A stretch of DNA of 63,801 nucleotides, the filler included, from Hausera hauseri (lineage: Eukaryota), in assembly GCA_046269625.1 (NCBI GenBank). It is 11 parts of 11 records of this genome, joined end to end, with 100 filler letters (N's around TTAATTAATTAA, not from the genome) between each part and the next. Parts side by side here need not be neighbours in the genome. Positions count along the whole stretch, not along the records: positions 1 to 7,434 come from JBJURY010014788.1; positions 7,535 to 14,491 come from JBJURY010048441.1; 9 more parts are not named here. The stretch is one strand, 5' to 3'. Position 1 is the first letter of the stretch, and the number at the start of each line of letters is the position of its first letter. This document shows positions 1 to 11,121 of this stretch, in pieces. A program made the position numbers and the translations under genes. Under the pieces are notes generated by a model, which saw nothing but the letters and a program-made list of their open reading frames with translations, did no database searches and was not told the DNA's origin.

Positions 1-477
1 TCTCTCCAAATACTTCTTACCCAAGCATTATGTCTTTTGGCTGGGACAAGGTAGTTAAGGTGTAGAACTTGACGAACTGCTAGCTAAAGACCAACCACCA
101 TGGCCACACATCCAGTTTCTGAACGCTATCACTGATGGTTCTCTGTGTACATCTGGTGGCAAGTATGGCCAAGCAATGCTGTGGGACCTGAACGAAGGCA
201 ACACCTATACACTCTTGATGGTGGTGACTGCATCAATGCCACGTACGTCTCTCCTAACCGTTACCGGCTGTGTGCAACCACAGGACCAAGTATCAAGATC
301 TGGGATTTAGAGAGCAAGGTGATTGTTGAGCTGAAGCCTGATGTTATGGCAGCTGGAGCCGGCAGAGAACCACCACAGTGTCTGTCTCTGGCCTGGTCCT
401 CGGATGGACAGAACCTGTTTGATAATTACAGTGATAAATTGATTCGTGTATGGCAAGTCTCCATGACAGCTCGATAA
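1..477 (+). pseudogene. RACK1: RACK1 (GNB2L1) processed pseudogene, 3' half
   Basis: Reads [21 protein letters not shown]...[19 protein letters not shown]...[11 protein letters not shown]....[22 protein letters not shown]...[25 protein letters not shown]. In-frame TAG at 63-65 and 81-83, frameshifts, no introns; AATAAA at 530-535 and A-run at ~553-559. Confidence 0.93.
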
Positions 478-839
478 ACTGCATCCTATCGGATTTACTC
501 AGCAGTTGGAATGTCTAAGAAAATGATTCAATAAAAGTTAATGATCCAAATGAAAAAAACCGCACGATAACATGCTCAGGAAGTGAGTTAGTTGATGATC
601 TCCCTTCGCCGAGCGTCAGCTCTTCTGGATGAGCCCTGATAAGGGCTGTAGTCTTAAGAAAGACTCAGTAGTTGTGTTGAGCATTCCTGCTGTCCCAGTG
701 GATTCTAGTAGGGTGAACCGAAGTCCTCCAGGTTTTAATCCAATGTGTGGCGTCCTAAAAGGGATCCACCTCTCAACTGGGGACCATGACGATCCTCCCA
801 ACGTTAGCCAGAATTTCTTCTGCTAGACAAGGGCGTGCT

Positions 840-2330
840 GATTACGATTACTGAAGAGGTTCAGCCATTCTCTTTAGTTGAAGATGGAGTTCTTATAAGA
901 CTAGCTCATGATCTTGATCTTAGATATGAACTTCCAAGCCAACGAAATTTGACAATAAACCTGTCAGCTTTTTGAGGAAAGGAAACCAAAAAATTGTACA
1001 AAAGTTGATGGACGTTAAGGAGGTGGCGATTACTACAGACATTTGGACATCACGAAAAACACAAACAGTGACCTGTTATTCTGTTACCAGTGGGATCTCA
1101 TGACCTGTATTTAGAGACAAGAAGACTGACTGAGGCACACACGGCTGCCAACACTGAGCTAAAAGCCACAATGACTGAATGAAATATGAGAGACAAAGTT
1201 TGCGCCGTTGTGACTGATAACCGAGCCAATAGTGTCGCAGTAGTTGAGCAGCTCGAGCTGAGACATATTTCTTGTTTTACACACACGTTTCACATGGTGA
1301 TGACTTAAGCCGTTAGAAAAGTTGAAGTCAATCAAGTGCAGCATAAAGTCAAACGCCTTAGTCATTTTCATACGTCATTTAAATCAGCCGACAGACTTGC
1401 AGATGTTCAAAAAAGAGACGGACGAGAAATTAGAAAACTAATACAATATATTAAAAGAAGCCAACTCTGTCATTGTCATACAACAATGCGTTGATAAAGA
1501 TTTTATCACAGTTTTTTTTTTTAATTCTCGACAAGGAAACCAACATGATGCGCATGACTTTTTGTTTTGTCGACAGAAGCCAGTTGTGCTTGACAATTTC
1601 AGAGAATGTTGTAATAAATAAAACATTAAGCAGCATTGAAGCCATACGAACAAATGACTAAGGAATTAAGTGCTGAGACTTTCACAACTTTATCTAAAGT
1701 TCTGCCAGTTATTTACTTGGTACTTGATTATTGTTGGCATTCGTCAGAGCTCCGCATAAATCAGTTGGCAGCAGAGCTGCTAAACCAGTTGAAATATCGC
1801 TTCCCTCCCCTTGAGGAATGATTTACTCTTGCAGCAAGTACATACCTAGATCCTAGGTTCAAGCAGTTTCCTTTTTTCTATCCCTGAGGCTGTTAATCAC
1901 AAGGAAGACAGAATTATCAAAATGATAACAGGATGGATGTAGATCACATTTCAGACCAGCCAATGGCTGAAGAAGTTCCACATACCTCTGATCAGGTTCA
2001 AGAAGCACCATCTACAGACATATGGAATCGTTTTGATAAATTGATCGCTGAACATTTAAGTACAACGTATAAACCAGTTGTGCGTCCCCACTTGGATATT
2101 CGTCGTTACAACAAAGAAAGGTCTGTCCAACGAGAGGAGAATCCTTTAAAGTGGTGGAAAGAGATTACTACCAAAACTTCATAGAGTAGCCAGAAGACTG
2201 CTTTGTATTTCCGCTACCTCTGATCCTGCCTTTTAAAAAAAAAAAAAACGGGTCGCTGATCTCCCACCGATGAAGCAGCATCCGTGCTAATAATGTAAAG
2301 AAAATGTTATTTTTGAACAAAAATTATTCG
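840..2330 (+). mobile_element. Decayed hAT transposase (ZBED1/ZBED4-like)
   Basis: Fragments QPFSLVEDG, AITTDIWTS, VVTDN, HISCFTHTFH, TKELSAE..TTLSKVLP, TYLDPRFK, NPLKWWKE, LLCISATS, VKKMLFLNKN (hAT dimerisation domain); many stops and frameshifts. Confidence 0.85.
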
Positions 2331-2760
2331 TATGTCGTAGATTAAAATGACCCTGACCTGATAGGTACAGCGTTCGGTGTTTTGTTTTATTTACAGACAG
2401 AAATTGAGTTTTGTCTGTTGATTATCGAAACTTTGTGCCTCATTAGAAATATATTAAACACATTTTTGGAAAACAGTAATAGTCAAACTTAATTAATTCT
2501 CTTTTTGTCTGGGGTACTGATTTTTGGAATCGTGTATTTGGGTGGTGGGGTGGAGGGGGGTAGGGAGAGACAGAAAACATGCGGGAAGGCGATCCATTAA
2601 ATTGGATATTTTGATTCCAATAGAAAGTCACTGGCTATGGGGATTTCCTCCAAAACCGAGGATCTTCCCATCTCTGGTGTCCAGACCGCACGTGGAGATT
2701 GAACAAGAGAATTCAAGAAAACAAAGCCGAGTCAGCGTTTTTTGTACACGTTTACACACG

Positions 2761-3420
2761 TGACCGATGACCTTTGACCTTGCTCAGTGACCCGTATCGC
2801 TGAGCGTAAAACATTTGACATGTTTGTCAAAGCTTCGTGACCTATTTGTCTAATGAAGCGTGACCTTTGTCACGAGGAAAAGACGTGACCTTTGTCAGCG
2901 ATCAAAAAGCATTTGACCAATTTGGCTAATGACGCGTGACTTTTGACACGACTTAGCTTGACGACAAATCGTGCCCTTTTTCATAGACCTTTGGCATGAC
3001 AAATACCAATCGTTAACGACAAAATTACACGCCCGTTTCTTAACGGGCTAAAGTTTCCACTATAAGGACACGGCTTTTGCACTATACGGACACGGTGCCC
3101 GTTGTTATCGGACTACGTTTCTGCTATAAGTCCAACTCGCCCGTTTCTTAACGGGATACGTTTTCCACTATAAGTCCGACTCGCCCGTTGTTAAAGGGAA
3201 GCCGTTCGCACTATAAGGGCGACTCGCCCTTCGTTTATGTATACAATTATAGTGTAACGACAAGACTTTTGCACTATACGACCATGATGCTCGTTGTTAA
3301 AGGAATATGTTTTACACTATATGGGCACGAAGGCTGCATTATAAGGACAACATAGGGACATGAAGTTCGTTTGTTAACGACATAAATATGTCTTATACGG
3401 ACATGAAGTCCGGTTTGTTT
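2761..3420. repeat. TGACC(TTTG) motif cluster followed by a degenerate ~43-bp CpG-rich minisatellite
   Basis: Repeated (G)TGACCTTTG in 2761-2995; units such as GCCCGTTTCTTAACGGGATACGTTTTCCACTATAAGTCCGACTC (42-44 bp) in 3030-3230, decaying to ~3420. Confidence 0.75.
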
Positions 3421-3579
3421 ACGGCTGAAAGCCATTCTTTGTCCATTAACCCGACAAGTTTGCTTGTGGAAACCTTGTCAAACTCCATTAACGACAGTCG
3501 TAACCTAAAGAAATCAGCCAAAACGCTGATCGTTCCTTGGTGTCGTCCGCAGACGCGGTCGACGACATGTTTGTTGTCT

Positions 3580-3875
3580 ACAATGTACGAGGATGGAAAC
3601 GTCAGCAAATATTTTTGTACAACAGTCCATACAGCCGAATACAGAAATAGAATATTTTTTTTTTTTTTTTTTAGCCAAAACGTTTGGTAACGCTGTTTAA
3701 ATTGTACCTTAAGCTCTTCATTCATGATGATGGTTACTCGTTCATGTTGCAAATTTATATTTGGTTCTCCACTAGAAGTATATGGGTTAATGATCCAGTC
3801 CGGTATTTCCAACGATAGAATAGCTTCGAATCTAGTTTTGAAGTCTAAGTGACGAGCCTCCAAGTGGTTACGCAT
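3580..3875 (-). mobile_element. hAT (Buster/SCAND3-like) transposase C-terminal fragment
   Basis: HLEA.HLDFKTRFE.IL.LEIPDWIINP...NEELKVQFKQ.YQTFW...YSAVW.VVQKYLLTFPSSYIV, the FPSSYLVE-type C-terminus. Confidence 0.8.
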
Positions 3876-4149
3876 AGCAAGACCCGAGACCAAACAGTGA
3901 AACAAACAAACAAATGTGTGTGAACAGGGCACTCGATACACCAAAAGAAGTAGATGAAAGGAAAAGAACACACTGGACAACAGAAAAAAACAGAGAGGAA
4001 ATTGGTCACTCCTGGAATCGAACACTGAAACGGCGCCATCGCCTTGCAACAACATTAAGCCAAGCAGTCTAGTCGCTACTATCCACCTTTCTGTTTCTTC
4101 TCCTCCTTCTTTTAGTCTGTCGAGTGCCCAATTCATATACATATGTGTT

Positions 4150-4846
4150 TGTTTATTTCATTTATACGTTAATGCGATCCTCCTAGAATTTTAAAGAGTA
4201 TCGGTACATGAAAATATGTGGCTGAAAACCTCTGATTTGAAACAGCACCTAAAGTTTTTCATTTTTGTTTTAACTGCAATGTCTGGAGTGTTCCTAGCTT
4301 TCGATATTATTTCCTTTATTTTCCCTTCAAATACGAAAGCTCGGAAAGATACAGTGAACAGTCGACACCCGATAGCCACGCCCTGTCAGCTGACCCATTT
4401 TAACAATCGTGTTGAACTGTTTTCAGGGGAACACTTTTCTCAAATAGGTCCCCTTGCAAATATTCTTCTTTAAACAATCGTCTAACTGCATTAAAAACCG
4501 AAGAGCTTTATACATCAAAAGATTCCTTACATTAATTAGAAATAAATGATGATTTCAAATAATACAGTTTATCTACTCAAACAGAGCAAACGAGCAGTAA
4601 ACTTTCATATGAAAGGATGCCCTAACGCGTAAGGCTTAAGACTGTATTGAAGGGAACCAGTCTGTCCTATCGATTCCTCTCTCGGAAACGAAATAAAAAT
4701 CCAATAAAACTCTAACGTTAACCTGAGAGAGCCGATATAACCCGAGTGTTTCCGATCTACTGAAGCGATCTCTGTTTAATATTTGAATCTCAGATAGTCA
4801 CGTACTTCAAATTTTATTGTTTTTAAATATCTCATAGGGATTTAAC
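4150..4846 (-). mobile_element. 5' part of a hAT (ZMYM1-like) DNA transposon, copy 1
   Basis: 4231-4846 aligns by eye to 24490-25100; minus strand gives KEIISKAR.TPDIAVKTKMKNFRCCFKSE, resembling the N-terminus of ZMYM1-type transposases. Confidence 0.55.
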
Positions 4847-5154
4847 TTTCACAATTAAAACAACAAGAGTAGACGAAAGACAGGAAGAAAAGAAAATAAA
4901 CAATGACATTTGAATTTAATGTAAATCCTGGAGCTAAGATTTTCAAAATTGGTGACATTTTCACTTTGTTCACAGTGTATGATTTTCCCCATTATTTTTT
5001 ATCTTTATGGTTGCTATTGATGTTTAGGAAAAGGTTCTGTTCTCCAGTGTTTAAAACAAATAGAGATTGTTTAAAAGAAGACAGGAGCAGACTGTTCGTA
5101 GCAATACACAGGTTAATCAATATGAAGATGTTATCAGTAAGATCAGAATGAGAT

Positions 5155-5466
5155 AAGCTTTTATGGCTGGTCTAGAGGTAGGACGTCCGCCTTGAGAGCT
5201 AGAGGTACGGGGTTCGAATCTCAGTGCAAGCAATTGGGATTTTTTTCTCCTGGATCTTCTAGTAATAAATTCCTCTGATATCTGGGTAGTGAGATCGGAC
5301 ATTGTCGTGCACTTGGCAGTTGAAAATAAAAAAAAAGCCCCACTGCCTCTGTCCCTGTAAAATTCAAGGAAAAACCTACTCCCAGGGCAGAAATGTAAAC
5401 AGGCAATACTGCCTATTTCTCAACCCTGGTTAAATAAAGATCTTATCTTATCTTATCTTATCTTAT
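5155..5466 (+). mobile_element. tRNA-derived SINE with (TCTTA)n tail
   Basis: A-box TGGTCTAGAGG (~5168), B-box GGTTCGAATC (5211-5220), body, then AATAAA and five TCTTA units; related copies at 6190-6428 (-) and 15912-16125 (+). Confidence 0.85.
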
Positions 5467-5675
5467 ATTTTAAGAAGAGAAGGTCTGGAGAACATTGGCA
5501 ACACAGGCAAAATACCTGGAAAGAGAAGTAGTCGACGACCGAGAATGAAGTGTGTGGGTGATCTGCGTAAATGGCTCGGAAGACAGCCAACGTCAGAGAT
5601 GACTGGGGATATCAAGAATAACGAAAGATGGATATCAATGACTACCTACGATTTACAGCGTGCCACCTAACGATG
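5467..5675 (+). mobile_element. RTE-clade LINE 3' end
   Basis: ILRREGLENIGNTGKIPGKRSSRRPRMKCVGDLRKWLGR...ERWISM, typical RTE/BovB ORF C-terminus. Confidence 0.75.
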
Positions 5676-5784
5676 TTATCATGTCAACACTAGCATAAGC
5701 AAGGTAAAAGCCTGACTCCTTATTGTGGCAAAACATGCATCTGATTTACAGACCATCGAATGACATCAGCAACGAAATAATTCG

Positions 5785-6090
5785 ATTAGTTTAATTTAGT
5801 CATTAGGTTAACATCTTAAAATATTTAGTCATTAGGTTAAAATCTTAAAATATTTAGTTTAGTCATAAGGTTAAAATCGTAAAATATTTAGTCATTAGGT
5901 TAAAATCTTAAAATATTTAGTCATTAGGTAAAAATCTTAAAATATTTAGTCATTAAGTTAAAATCTTGAAATATTTAGTTTAGTCATAAGGTTAAAATCT
6001 TAAAATATTTAGTCATTAGGTTAAAATCTTAAAATATTTAGTTTAGTCATTAGGTTAAAATCTTAAAATATTTAGTCATTAGGTTAAAAT
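5785..6090. repeat. 29/34-bp minisatellite (ATATTTAGTCATTAGGTTAAAATCTTAAA)n
   Basis: About 10 near-identical tandem units, some carrying an extra TTAGT. Confidence 0.95.
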
Positions 6091-6189
6091 CACACGGATT
6101 TATATCCGCAATATCACCGTTCTCCTCCATAATGGAGGATCTCAGCTCAGTGCACGTTCTCCGTTGCGCCGGTAAGGACCCCGTAGCTT

Positions 6190-6428
6190 GAATAGATTTT
6201 TCCTAGAATTGTTCCCTGGCAGAGACGGTTAAGCTTACCCTTGTTCGATTTCCAAAAGCTGGGGGATTTTTTAATGAAGACGGAACTCCGATCTCACAAC
6301 ACATAATGGGGATTTGTTTTTTACTGTAAAATCCAGGAAAATAAATCTCACGTTCTTTCCCCGGGATTTTAACCTCGCATCCCTAGCACTCGAGGCGGAA
6401 TTCCTACCTCGACACCTCTGAGCCCCCA
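6190..6428 (-). mobile_element. tRNA-SINE, diverged reverse copy
   Basis: Reverse complement shares GAGGTAGGA.TTCCGCCT.GAG.GCTAG and GTGAGATCGGA blocks with the SINE at 5155. Confidence 0.65.
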
Positions 6429-7259
6429 TGAAAAGAATGTAGAGCTACAGGGTTTAGGAACAATATATATGACACGAAAACGTCATTAGAATAGACTATA
6501 CCATAACGAGATAAAACACAAACATCCTACAAAAACAGAACATCTAAGTAAACTTGCTACTGAACAACACTGGCGGAGGACTACCGGTGTGTTTCACGCA
6601 TAATGTCAAGTGAACTTTGAATATGAAATTGCAGACATAGATTCTTTCAAGAGGCGTTCTTCAAAGAACAAATTGACATGTACAGCATGAGTTGCATAGA
6701 GCGCTGGCAATGGCCACACTAAAACTCACAACAGATGGTCAGTACATCCTTAATGGAATCTTGTGTGCTTATTAACGCCCTCCATTTGACTCCGAGGCTA
6801 GTGTCCTAATCAGTGTGCCATAGAGGACCCCATGTTCTTCAAAGGACATGATGAATAACGTTTGAGTCAAATTCTTTTCTGACCGATGGACAGTTTTGGG
6901 AGGTTAGTTATATTAAGATATTTGCAGTGAATTGTCACTCGTTTTTGAAGAGTCCGGGAATTGTGTCTTTTTAATTGTGACATCAGTAGATTAGCCTAGG
7001 TCACAACCTTTCAGTTTACGCTTTATAGGTATACTCGCATCTTGGCTTGAGAACCACTGCCTTATTAGATATAACTTGGAACACGGCCTACGGTGTTGCC
7101 TGGTAAGTTATCACGGCCGAAATGGTTTCATCAGAAAAAAAAATAAAATGTACTTTTGGAACACCACGTTACGGCATGTGAGTTGTTTATGCGGGCTACA
7201 TGATTTCGTCAGAATGATTTTATTCTGATAAAACTTAATTTACCTGTCCTATCCTCAAC

Positions 7260-7331
7260 AGCAGAGTGGCGCAGTGGAAGCGTGCTGGGCCCATAACCCA
7301 GAGGTCCGTGGATCGAAACCACGCTCTGCTA
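7260..7331 (+). tRNA. tRNA-iMet: Initiator tRNA-Met (CAT)
   Basis: AGCAGAGTGGCGCAGTGGAAGCGTGCTGGGCCCATAACCCAGAGGTCCGTGGATCGAAACCACGCTCTGCTA: A1-U72 pair, GATCG T-loop diagnostic of eukaryotic initiator tRNA, Pol III T-run terminator at 7336-7340. Confidence 0.97.
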
Positions 7332-7434
7332 AATATTTTTCAATCGTGAGTTTCAAACTAAGCTTTGAGAGCAATTTTTTCGAGACAGAGTGAGAGAGCT
7401 GTATGAAATTGTATAGATTTCGCGACAATAGCGT

Positions 7435-7534
7435 NNNNNNNNNNNNNNNNNNNNNNNNNNNNNNNNNNNNNNNNNNNNTTAATTAATTAANNNNNNNNNN
7501 NNNNNNNNNNNNNNNNNNNNNNNNNNNNNNNNNN
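7435..7534. other. Artificial contig linker N44-TTAATTAATTAA-N44; same at 14492, 19032, 24390, 28572, 32640, 36780, 46753, 51195 and 58409
   Basis: Identical 100-nt spacer with stop codons in all six frames, present 10 times. Confidence 0.99.
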
Positions 7535-8489
7535 GTTTTGTAAAATCTCAAAATTCGTTAGCATGTTAGGGTAAAATGAAACATTGCAAAATGATGTGAC
7601 ACTCAAAATCTCTGATTGAATAACTTTATATTTGCTTGAAAAACTTTTTTTCATGTTATTAATCATATAAAAGTTTAAACTTGCATAACTCATTTTTATG
7701 AAAAGCTTTAACTCGCAACTTCACAACAAATCTAATGTAAAAGTTTGTTGACCAAGCAATGTATTATTTATTTCATTTAAAGTTTACATTCAATTCACAA
7801 AACTCCATTTCGTTTCAAAAATATATTTTCATTTTTTACATAAATTTTGATAATATTCAACAATAATCGTATAGTATCATATGAATGAAATTTGCCCAAG
7901 GATCATTTTATATACATTTATCAGGTACTCGTAAATCCATTGTTTTCCCAAAATTATGTAAATATTGATTCAATTTTTGTGAACATTCTACGAATATTAA
8001 TGATAATTCGACTAGTCTTCATATTACAACATAAATGTTAAAAATTAGTTATTTGATCAAATAGACTATGGCATCAAATTTCTATTTCATGAGTTTGTCA
8101 CTTCTGGATTACATTTCATTTTGTATTAAGCATCTGTGTATTTGAAAGCATTTGTGACATCATCCCTTGACAGCTGTGACATACTTTTTACAGTAATAAA
8201 CATACACTTTTTTCTCAACAAGTGGAGACACTAGTGACTGCTAAGGACTACTGTACTAATATGATAAATGTGAGATAAATGTGTTTACATTATAATAGTT
8301 ACAAACTAAATTCAATACGAATGTATGTGTAAAAAACCCAGCTATACATGGGTCTGCTAAAATACCCTTCCTTGCACATCATGCTTGCGATGAAGTGTTG
8401 ATTTATCATATTTAAAAAGCTGGTGTTGCCTGACCATCACCGTGAAAAGGATTGATGGACAAAATGAACATGAAAAATTAAAAAAACAA

Positions 8490-8998
8490 ATGTTGACTTA
8501 TTTGACTAGAGCACCTGCGCTGAACTATATATATTAGATCGAAATTGAAAGAGACACTTCATCGACTATAGCGTCGATTTGCTGCGCAATTCGAACAAAG
8601 AAATTACAATCAGTTCCGTGACGTCAGTATTGATATATCTGCTGTATTATTCTACGAAACTTTCTCGATTGACATTGCCATTGATCGCGTGATACGTGTT
8701 GTTCATTATACTGTGAGTATTGATTTGTCTTAAATTTCTTACATAGTTTTCATCGGCCCTTAAGGCTGATTGGTGAGCACCGTAAGAGATAAAATCTAAC
8801 GTAACTTATATAGTCACTAGAAGATTGTTAATTTCTGCACAGGACACGGCAAGCACCACAGGCATTATAAAATCTTGACACATCAACTGGGCACATTCGT
8901 TTAACGAGATCGTTAAACCGAATTTGCAATAGAATATAAACTTCAAGTGTAAATTGTTATATAGAGGGAGACGTTAAGGGCCACCCAAAATATAATAT
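8490..8998 (+). mobile_element. Probable 5' LTR (left boundary uncertain)
   Basis: Non-coding block directly upstream of the PBS; no second LTR copy in the contig to confirm boundaries. Confidence 0.35.
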
Positions 8999-8999
8999 T

Positions 9000-9017
9000 T
9001 GGCGACCCTAACAGGAC
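9000..9017 (+). promoter_or_regulatory. Primer-binding site, tRNA-Arg-like
   Basis: TGGCGACCCTAACAGGAC differs at 2 of 18 positions from TGGCGACCGTGACAGGAC, the complement of the invertebrate tRNA-Arg(TCG) 3' end used by 412/mdg1-type Gypsy elements; ~300 nt upstream of gag. Confidence 0.7.
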
Positions 9018-9315
9018 AGTTTGTGCCTATCTAGACTTTTAGAGTAAATTAAAGACATATCGGCGATCAGCACCAATACACCGAGTAATTGAAAAGCTTA
9101 AATTCAGGGATATAAGTTTTCAGATTGAAACTAAAAAGGATAAAATAAGAGACGAACATTGATAACCAAGTAAACGATAACGACAAATCACCCATACGAC
9201 AGACACGCAGAATATATATAGAGCTAATTCTGAAACTAGAGATAAAGTAGTTAACGGTAGATTTAAAATTCCTCAGCCTAAAGATAAACCTGATAGAAAT
9301 AAAATAGACAATAAT

Positions 9316-11121
9316 ATGGCAGCAGATAATCCACCAGCAGCGCAGAAGCTGGACATCTTTACGTTTGATTCTCTAAACCTGCCGGCATATGACTGTGATC
9401 CGGACGGATTAAATGACTTCCTAAGGACTTATAAGTTGCACGCAGAAGGTGCTAGTCTTCCTCCTGAAGTAATGATAAAGCTATACTTAAAGAATTTAGC
9501 CGCTGATGCTTATAGTGAGCTCACAAATGAAGAAAAGAAATCTTGGTCCTCCCTAGTAGGAGCATTGAATCGGAAACTATTGCCAACGGTAACGCCGCAA
9601 CAGAAACTCATGGCCTTTCAGAATAAAGTACAACAAAAGGGTGAATCAGTAACCCAGTTTGCATTTGCATTAAAGAATCTCGCTAATAGTTATGTAAGCA
9701 CTTTGAGAATAGCTAATGTAGCTAGAGCCAAAACAGACGCGGAACGTGAAGCCGCAGAGAAAGCAACTCCGCCAGATTTAGACGTCATGATGACGACACA
9801 GTTGATTATTGGGATTTGGTCCCGAGACTTAGTGAAACAATTGATTTTGGCTATACCTGATAATTTTGAGAGGACGCTACAATTAGCCCAAGATTTAGAA
9901 ATGGCATTAGAAAGATATACCAAACAAAATGATAAATACGAAAGTAACAATGACCGTAGTAATCGCAACAGAAATGATAACCGAGATAATAGACGATTTA
10001 ATGATAATAATAGAAGCCAAGGGTTTGATAATAGGAATCAAAATGCTTATAGAAATCAAAAATATGACAATAGAAATTCTAGTAATAATCGAAACACATA
10101 CAGCTCGTATAATAAGTCAGGTTACAACCCGGACAGGAACCAAAGTGGTTATAACCAAGGTGGTTATCGATCTAATAATAGCCGATATACGGATAGTCGG
10201 AGTAACGATAATAGAGATGATGGAGATAGTAGACAAACTCCACAAAGTCAAAATAAGAATATAACCAGAGCAAAATCGCCCGTAAACGAAGATGGTCGAC
10301 AAAGGATTGGCCGTAATGGAAATTTAATTTGTTATACATGTGGCAAAGAAGGACATATTGCTAAATCATGCCCAAATCCCAGAAGCGTTGCATTTACGGA
10401 GCCGAACAAAACAAGTATGATTAAAAACAACCTAAAAGCCATATACGGCAAAGGAGGTGAGATAAGTATGATAATTGAAATGCAAGATCTACGCAGATCT
10501 GTAAGAAATTTAGGTGAAACCACTAACCCTCACGTAACAAAAGCTAGGAAAGAGTATGAAGAAAAGTTACGACTAATGGAAGTTTATCATGGATTAACAG
10601 AACCAGAAACCGAGGACGAATATGCATTAGCACCAAACAGCATCAATATGGCACGCAAAAAGCCTTTTCCACAGGGAACAGCTCAGGCTGAGAAACCAAC
10701 GACATCTCAAAACGTAGATTTAGACACGGAAGTAGTATCCTTGACACAAGACCCAGAGGAAACTACATATGAGGTCGAAAGTGAATTTATCGGGCCTTTA
10801 GTGCTCAAAATAACTAAGAATAGAGACAGAAGCCCATCACTTAAGAGAAAGTCCACGGATCGCTCTCGATCCCCCATTAAAAAGAATTTGGTGGAAAAAG
10901 AAGATTTCTCTACTATTTTAAAAGATGACTCAATCGCGGATCTTTCTGTTATGTCTAAGGAAATACCAGAAACGCTGGAAACACCAGATGTAGTCAACGT
11001 CAACTACGAAATTAACGAAATTTGCCCACTTCCCACTAGCGAGGAAGAGACACAAGATAGCGATAATTTCGACCCAAAAAATGGAAGATCCGACGATCAT
11101 GGAAGAATGCTGATGAATTGA
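9316..11121 (+). CDS. gag: Retrotransposon Gag (capsid-like domain, N/D/R-rich linker, CCHC knuckle, acidic tail)
   Basis: QQKGESVTQFAFALKNLA (major-homology-like region), CYTCGKEGHIAKSC zinc knuckle; intact 601-aa ORF. Confidence 0.9.
   Translation: MAADNPPAAQKLDIFTFDSLNLPAYDCDPDGLNDFLRTYKLHAEGASLPPEVMIKLYLKNLAADAYSELTNEEKKSWSSLVGALNRKLLPTVTPQQKLMAFQNKVQQKGESVTQFAFALKNLANSYVSTLRIANVARAKTDAEREAAEKATPPDLDVMMTTQLIIGIWSRDLVKQLILAIPDNFERTLQLAQDLEMALERYTKQNDKYESNNDRSNRNRNDNRDNRRFNDNNRSQGFDNRNQNAYRNQKYDNRNSSNNRNTYSSYNKSGYNPDRNQSGYNQGGYRSNNSRYTDSRSNDNRDDGDSRQTPQSQNKNITRAKSPVNEDGRQRIGRNGNLICYTCGKEGHIAKSCPNPRSVAFTEPNKTSMIKNNLKAIYGKGGEISMIIEMQDLRRSVRNLGETTNPHVTKARKEYEEKLRLMEVYHGLTEPETEDEYALAPNSINMARKKPFPQGTAQAEKPTTSQNVDLDTEVVSLTQDPEETTYEVESEFIGPLVLKITKNRDRSPSLKRKSTDRSRSPIKKNLVEKEDFSTILKDDSIADLSVMSKEIPETLETPDVVNVNYEINEICPLPTSEEETQDSDNFDPKNGRSDDHGRMLMN

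Noticed and set aside
3030-3230. Hairpin-containing ~43-bp repeats as a CRISPR array
   Set aside because: Units are degenerate and contiguous, with no unique spacers and no cas genes; eukaryotic context.
7479-7490. TTAATTAATTAA as a biological palindrome or piggyBac TTAA site
   Set aside because: Always centred in N-runs; a synthetic six-frame stop linker.
8770-8790. TGGTGAGCACCG as an alternative PBS
   Set aside because: No clear tRNA match recognised; the site at 9000 fits tRNA-Arg and is better positioned.
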